Part shown: piece by piece, positions 48,632 through 55,275 of the stretch
Numbering within the stretch: the first letter of the stretch is position 1
Layout: every line of letters begins with the position of its first letter
DNA from: Octopus bimaculoides
Lineage: Eukaryota
Direction of reading: 5' to 3'
Length of the DNA stretch: 55,275 nt
NCBI RefSeq assembly: GCF_001194135.2
Contig: NC_068987.1
Span: 101,675,872-101,731,146, forward strand
Program-made: the position numbers and the translations under genes
The notes under the pieces: generated by a model
Told to the model about the DNA's origin: nothing
The model's database searches: none
Seen by the model: only the letters and a program-made list of their open reading frames with translations

Positions 48632-48835
48632 AGGTTCAAATTTTGGCACAAGGGCACCAATTCCGGGGGAAAGGTAAAATCGATTACATCGACGCCAGTA
48701 CTCAACTGGTACGTGTTTTATCGACCTTGGGAGGATTAAAGGCAAAGTCGAACTCGACGGAATTTGAGCTGAGAACGTAGACGGACGAAATGCCGGTAAG
48801 CATTTTGCCCGGCATGCTATCGATTCTGCCAATCA
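48632..48835 (-). mobile_element. SINE family B
   Basis: ttttatcgaccttgggaggattaaaggcaaagtcgaactcgacggaatttgagctgagaacgtagacggacgaaatgccggtaagcattttgcccggcatgcta. Confidence 0.85.
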
Positions 48836-49281
48836 TGTTTTCTACTATAAGCACTGAGGTAGATGTCCTCAAGTAGACCTCAGTCTCAAAACCTCAGGCC
48901 TTGTGCCTATAGAAGAAGGGATTATTGTTGTTAATATAATGTTAGTTATAGTGGTTGAGGTGTGGTCGATGGTAATTGAGTATATTGTGTGTGTTTGAAC
49001 AAAATATGATACGACGGAGTGATCGCTTCGTTGTTGCGAACTAACGGCTTATCCAGGGAATTGGACAATTAAGAGTTTGATTAACAGACTTTAAATTTTA
49101 TTCGTTTGTCACGTCAGTCACGCACAATTTTGCAAGAGTGGGATTTCCATCTATAAGTTTTAGATTTTCTTCATATTTTTATAATTTTATAAATACTCTC
49201 TTCAGCTTTTTTTTTTATTACTTGCTCCAGTCATTTATTGATTGAGTCATTGAACTGCGGCCAAGCTGTGGCCCCACTGTA

Positions 49282-49360
<79 letters not shown>

Positions 49361-49362
<2 letters not shown>

Positions 49363-49594
49363 TTATGTTTGACTTTTGTTTTGCATTTGTACAAGTTGGA
49401 TCCAAGTCTCACTCAGAGACCTCAAGAGACAACAAGTTAGAAGTTCATGTAGGTGTTATGCTTAGGGTACCATATATTTGGATTTGTACAGTTTTGTTCA
49501 AGTGAATGTTTAAGAAACCATAAGAAAATTATGTGTTTGCTTTAAAATTTGAGATCACATAGACAGTATTTTACGTAGGATATGGGCAGTTCCC
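49361..49594 (-). mobile_element. R4/Dong-clade LINE 3' end (second family) with a (TAA)n tail, running into a gap
   Basis: Minus-strand GTAHILRKILSM*, then a 3' UTR different from that of 25308-25526, then (TAA)n at 49284-49360. Confidence 0.85.
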
Positions 49595-51035
49595 NNNNNN
49601 NNNNNNNNNNNNNNNNNNNNNNNNNNNNNNNNNNNNNNNNNNNNNNNNNNNNNNNNNNNNNNNNNNNNNNNNNNNNNNNNNNNNNNNNNNNNNNNNNNNN
49701 NNNNNNNNNNNNNNNNNNNNNNNNNNNNNNNNNNNNNNNNNNNNNNNNNNNNNNNNNNNNNNNNNNNNNNNNNNNNNNNNNNNNNNNNNNNNNNNNNNNN
49801 NNNNNNNNNNNNNNNNNNNNNNNNNNNNNNNNNNNNNNNNNNNNNNNNNNNNNNNNNNNNNNNNNNNNNNNNNNNNNNNNNNNNNNNNNNNNNNNNNNNN
49901 NNNNNNNNNNNNNNNNNNNNNNNNNNNNNNNNNNNNNNNNNNNNNNNNNNNNNNNNNNNNNNNNNNNNNNNNNNNNNNNNNNNNNNNNNNNNNNNNNNNN
50001 NNNNNNNNNNNNNNNNNNNNNNNNNNNNNNNNNNNNNNNNNNNNNNNNNNNNNNNNNNNNNNNNNNNNNNNNNNNNNNNNNNNNNNNNNNNNNNNNNNNN
50101 NNNNNNNNNNNNNNNNNNNNNNNNNNNNNNNTAATCGACTAGACTTCTCTACCAAATTTTCTGTCCTCGTGCCTTTAGTGGAAGGGATTATTATTATTAT
50201 TTTTGTTTTTGCTTCTCAGAGCCGACAGCAACCTGTGTTGTCAGTGGTCTCACAGTGTCACTTTCCGAAAATTATAAGCATTGATATTTGCATGTTGAAA
50301 TATCGTGTAAGACACTCAACTCCGACACACCAATCTCGAAATCTTAGCTATCTCTATTCAAATAATCTTTTTTTTTTTTTGTTTTTGTCTTTAATCGACT
50401 CCTGCAATTTTTTTCGTGATCCCTATTCCATCTGTCGCTTTTGACGAATTATTTTGAAAACAAACGTAAATTGCTTTACAAATGATGAGAGAGAAATATA
50501 CGCATGCGCGCGCACATATTAACTGACGAACACACACATGACGGACATTGTATCACCAAATTCTTTCACACGACATTGGTTGGTCAAGGCTATAGGATAA
50601 ATCGCTTGCGCTAAGTAATGCACAGTGGGTCTGAAATCAAATGCAGTTAAAAAGCGATCCACTTAAACTTGCAATCATGCATAAGTGCGTGTGTGTGCGC
50701 GCTTATGTGTGTGTGAGTGTGCATATATACACCTGTGTCTATATGCGTGTGCAACTTTGTGTAGACAAACATGCACACACACACAAACACACATATATAC
50801 ATATGAAAAAGCTATATATCTGTCTATCTATTTCTCTCTCTCTCTCTCTGTATATATATATATATATATATATATGTTTGTATGTATGCATATGTATATA
50901 TGTGTGTGTGCTTGGGTGTGTGCGCGTGCGTGTGTGGGTGTGTATGTGTGTATAGATGTATATAGATATATAAACGTATGGCAGAAATAGGTGACCAGTT
51001 CATCAACAATCATATAAATATATATATATGTATAT

Positions 51036-51078
<43 letters not shown>

Positions 51079-52734
51079 NNNNNNNNNNNNNNNNNNNNNN
51101 NNNNNNNNNNNNNNNNNNNNNNNNNNNNNNNNNNNNNNNNNNNNNNNNNNNNNNNNNNNNNNNNNNNNNNNNNNNNNNNNNNNNNNNNNNNNNNNNNNNN
51201 NNNNNNNNNNNNNNNNNNNNNNNNNNNNNNNNNNNNNNNNNNNNNNNNNNNNNNNNNNNNNNNNNNNNNNNNNNNNNNNNNNNNNNNNNNNNNNNNNNNN
51301 NNNNNNNNNNNNNNNNNNNNNNNNNNNNNNNNNNNNNNNNNNNNNNNNNNNNNNNNNNNNNNNNNNNNNNNNNNNNNNNNNNNNNNNNNNNNNNNNNNNN
51401 NNNNNNNNNNNNNNNNNNNNNNNNNNNNNNNNNNNNNNNNNNNNNNNNNNNNNNNNNNNNNNNNNNNNNNNNNNNNNNNNNNNNNNNNNNNNNNNNNNNN
51501 NNNNNNNNNNNNNNNNNNNNNNNNNNNNNNNNNNNNNNNNNNNNNNNNNNNNNNNNNNNNNNNNNNNNNNNNNNNNNNNNNNNNNNNNNNNNNNNNNNNN
51601 NNNNNNNNNNNNNNNNNNNNNNNNNNNNNNNNNNNNNNNNNNNNNNNNNNNNNNNNNNNNNNNNNNNNTGACGTATGTAGTGTGAAAATGGGGGATGGGA
51701 GAAAGGGAGAAAGTAGTTGGTCAGTTGTAGTGTGTGCGTGGTGTGATGCGAGGGTATTGGTGTGGTGTGCGTGGTGTGATGCGAGGGTATTGGTGTGGTG
51801 TGATGTGAGGGTGTTGGGAGGTGGGGAAGGCATGGGTGGAGTGTGGGGTAGAGGTAGGGGTCTGTGGGTAGATATATATATATATATATATATATATACT
51901 CACACACACACTCAAATACACTCACGCCCAGACACAGGCTCACGCACGTACACACATACAAACAAACCTGCACTCACACGTACACACATACACAGTGACT
52001 CAGACAGAAGCCCAATGTGTGTGTGTGTGTGTGTCTATTTACGAAATTATAGACATTTTTGCGTTAATGTAAGTACAAGGATACGGAGACATAGAGACAA
52101 CGTATGTTAAAATCAGGTACAATTATACATAGCCTACGGGTATGCATGTACATCATGACAATAGGTTATTGAAATCTTTGGTTCTATAACCCATTCATGA
52201 ATTACAAAACATTCACCACCATAATGGCTGGACCAGCAGTGAACAAATCTGAAATATGACCTTTTATTCAAGAGGATTCTGTGTTAGTTTTTGACATCGT
52301 ACCCAATGCAATTGTAGCTAAAAAGGGATATAGGCTTTGAACAATAGAGGGAATACTGAATTGGCCAACACACACACACGCACACACACATACACACACG
52401 CAGATGTGTATTATCTTAGTGTCTATACACATGCATGTGTGTGAGTGTATACATATGTATATATATATATACATGTGTGTTTGTGTATGTATGTAAACAT
52501 TCACACACANNNNNNNNNNNNNNNNNNNNNNNNNNNNNNNNNNNNNNNNNNNNNNNNNNNNNNNNNNNNNNNNNNNNNNNNNNNNNNNNNNNNNNNNNNN
52601 NNNNNNNNNNNNNNNNNNNNNNNNNNNNNNNNNNNNNNNNNNNNNNNNNNNNNNNNNNNNNNNNNNNNNNNNNNNNNNNNNNNNNNNNNNNNNNNNNNNN
52701 NNNNNNNNNNNNNNNNNNNNNNNNNNNNNNNNNN

Positions 52735-52816
<82 letters not shown>

Positions 52817-53390
52817 CATGTGTGTTTGTGTATGTATGTAAACATTCACACACATACATAAAGTACACATATGTAGATGTACATAAAACATATATATGTA
52901 TGCATGTATGTATGTATGTATGTATGTATGCATACATCTATGTATGCATATAACTACGTGAAATGCTCAGCCGTTTACACGCCAATCCAATGAGGAGGTA
53001 AATCAGTTGATCGAACATCTGTCTCTTGATTGTCAAAACCAAGGGAGAATCATCCATATGCATTTCTATTGTTGCTGCAATTTTTAAGCTCTAGGTCAGA
53101 TGAGGTTATACCGACCCGTGACCTATAGTATCTAGACACGAGACCATCTTGACATTTATTCACGCATAATGTATCTAGAGCTGCATTATCAAATATCTAG
53201 AATCATTTATTTAAATAATACGCCATGAAGATGTAATTTGCAGCAGAATACGTTGGTATTTCTATCTAGCTGAGTAGCCACAGAGGTTTATATCTCATTT
53301 GTCCTTCACGTAATGCTGGGGTTACTTCAAATAACACACGTCTTATATATCGATATGAAATAAACGAGAAATATATGGATGTTGAGTATA

Positions 53391-53780
53391 GGCGTGAAGT
53401 TTGCTTCCTAAATCTAAAGTTCTGTGTTCAGTCCGACTGCGTGTTACGTTGGACAAGTGTCTTCTACTAAATCCCTGACAGCACAAAGCCTTCTGTGTGG
53501 GTTTGGTAGTCAGAAATTGAGAGAGACCTGTTGTATAAATGTTATACGTAAGTGTGTGCTTCTATGTGTTTGCGTTTGTCCCCCAATACTGCTTGACAGT
53601 TAATGTTAGTTTGCTTACTTCCTCGTAACATGGCTTTTCGGAATAAGTGACTGTTAGCAGAAGTAGCAGATTGAAAAAAAAAAAAAACCTAAAGGGGTCG
53701 ATATCGTTCCACTAAACCCTATAATGCGACGCTCCAGCATTGCCCCTGTCCACTGACTGAAACGAGTGAAAGATAAAAGT
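53391..53780 (+). mobile_element. Diverged SINE family A
   Basis: gttcagtccgactgcgtgttacgttggacaagtgtcttctacta .. gctccagcattgcccctgtccactgactgaaacgagtgaaagataaaag. Confidence 0.75.
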
Positions 53781-54251
53781 AAAGTATTTTGAGATTATCC
53801 AAGAGAGAAATTTATTCACCTGGGACTACATTATAATTTTTATGTCTTATCTAATCTTCTTCTACTCTACCCCGTCAAACATATAACTATACCCTAGTGA
53901 TAGTTATATGTAACGAACCAACCCTAAAATTCGTCGAAGACCCATAACTTTGACACGTTGGCTCTGTCATATCTTTTAACGAGATTTCGGTAATTTTATG
54001 TTTCCTCTGAAATTTAGACGTTTTAAAACGTTTAGTGCTGTATTAAGATACAGGTGCAGACATATCTTACTTCAAAAACATTGCTTGTTCTTCTTTTGTG
54101 TGAATAGGCAACTGTTTTAACGTAGAGTCTCGGTTTCATTTCTTGCGAGCTGTAATATTAAATACGCTTAAATATTTTTATATTCATTACACGTTCAATT
54201 TTATTTGAAAATTTCAACATTCATCCAAATTAAGATTTCTGACAATAAATT

Positions 54252-54288
<37 letters not shown>

Positions 54289-55241
54289 NNNNNNNNNNNN
54301 NNNNNNNNNNNNNNNNNNNNNNNNNNNNNNNNNNNNNNNNNNNNNNNNNNNNNNNNNNNNNNNNNNNNNNNNNNNNNNNNNNNNNNNNNNNNNNNNNNNN
54401 NNNNNNNNNNNNNNNNNNNNNNNNNNNNNNNNNNNNNNNNNNNNNNNNNNNNNNNNNNNNNNNNNNNNNNNNNNNNNNNNNNNNNNNNNNNNNNNNNNNN
54501 NNNNNNNNNNNNNNNNNNNNNNNNNNNNNNNNNNNNNNNNNNNNNNNNNNNNNNNNNNNNNNNNNNNNNNNNNNNNNNNNNNNNNNNNNNNNNNNNNNNN
54601 NNNNNNNNNNNNNNNNNNNNNNNNNNNNNNNNNNNNNNNNNNNNNNNNNNNNNNNNNNNNNNNNNNNNNNNNNNNNNNNNNNNNNNNNNNNNNNNNNTTA
54701 TTGGGATTGTCACATTAAGTTAACAATATACTACAACTTTATCGCTCCACTACTGCTTAAATCTCTCTGAGAGATTTAGAAATATTATATATATATATAT
54801 ATAACGTTACACATGGCCTTGACTTATACTGGCCGAAACCTTTCAAAGTTATCAAAGTTATATATATATGTGTGTGTGTGTGTGGTGGGGTGTTGCTCTT
54901 GGAAACTTCGAAAGATATTCATTCTTGACATATTGAAGAAGACTGGTGACTAGTTTGAAAATCGTCTGGTATTGCCACTGTTTGTCAATGAATAATATCA
55001 CAGTTAGTCTTTTGTTCATCGTTGGCACATGTTTTTGGTGACATTACGATTTATTCACCAAATTCTAAAATGTAGCCTGCACATTTCTTTAAATGCACTT
55101 CTGTCATTGTATGTACGTACGTATGTATATATCTATGTGTGCATGTGTGTATGTATGTATGTATGTATGTATGTATACACGTATGTATGTATGAATGTGT
55201 CAGTCTCTTTTCATTATTCTCTCGCTCTCTCACTCTCTCTC

Positions 55242-55275
<34 letters not shown>

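Overview
AT-rich eukaryotic (animal) genomic DNA from a gapped draft assembly: about 18 N-gaps, nearly all abutting microsatellites. The dominant tRNA-headed SINE sequences, the (TAA)n-flanked retroelements and the microsatellite density match my recollection of octopus (coleoid cephalopod) genomes. That assignment is inference from recalled repeat families, not a database hit. I find no intact protein-coding gene, rRNA, tRNA gene or CRISPR array. The supplied ORFs are simple-repeat, N-gap or transposon-relic translations. The window consists of compound microsatellites; at least three SINE families (labelled A, B and C here); decayed non-LTR retrotransposons (RTE, R4/Dong, HERO-like, possibly CR1-like); mariner and hAT MITEs; and a fold-back mariner derivative. 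It reads as a long intron or intergenic region. The leads most worth testing are: (1) a complete recursive-splice-site/RS-exon architecture on the + strand at 40467-40579; (2) a (TAA)n-targeted retroelement set made of R4/Dong relics plus a two-copy non-tRNA, non-coding element flanked by (TAA)n; (3) a 6-nt microexon candidate on the - strand at 41241-41246; (4) a dense NF-Y/ETS/AP-1/YY1/ATF motif cluster at 11478-11771; (5) a degenerate hammerhead-like motif at 23557-23592. All splice and regulatory calls rest on motifs alone and need RNA or chromatin data. Boundaries of decayed repeats are approximate.
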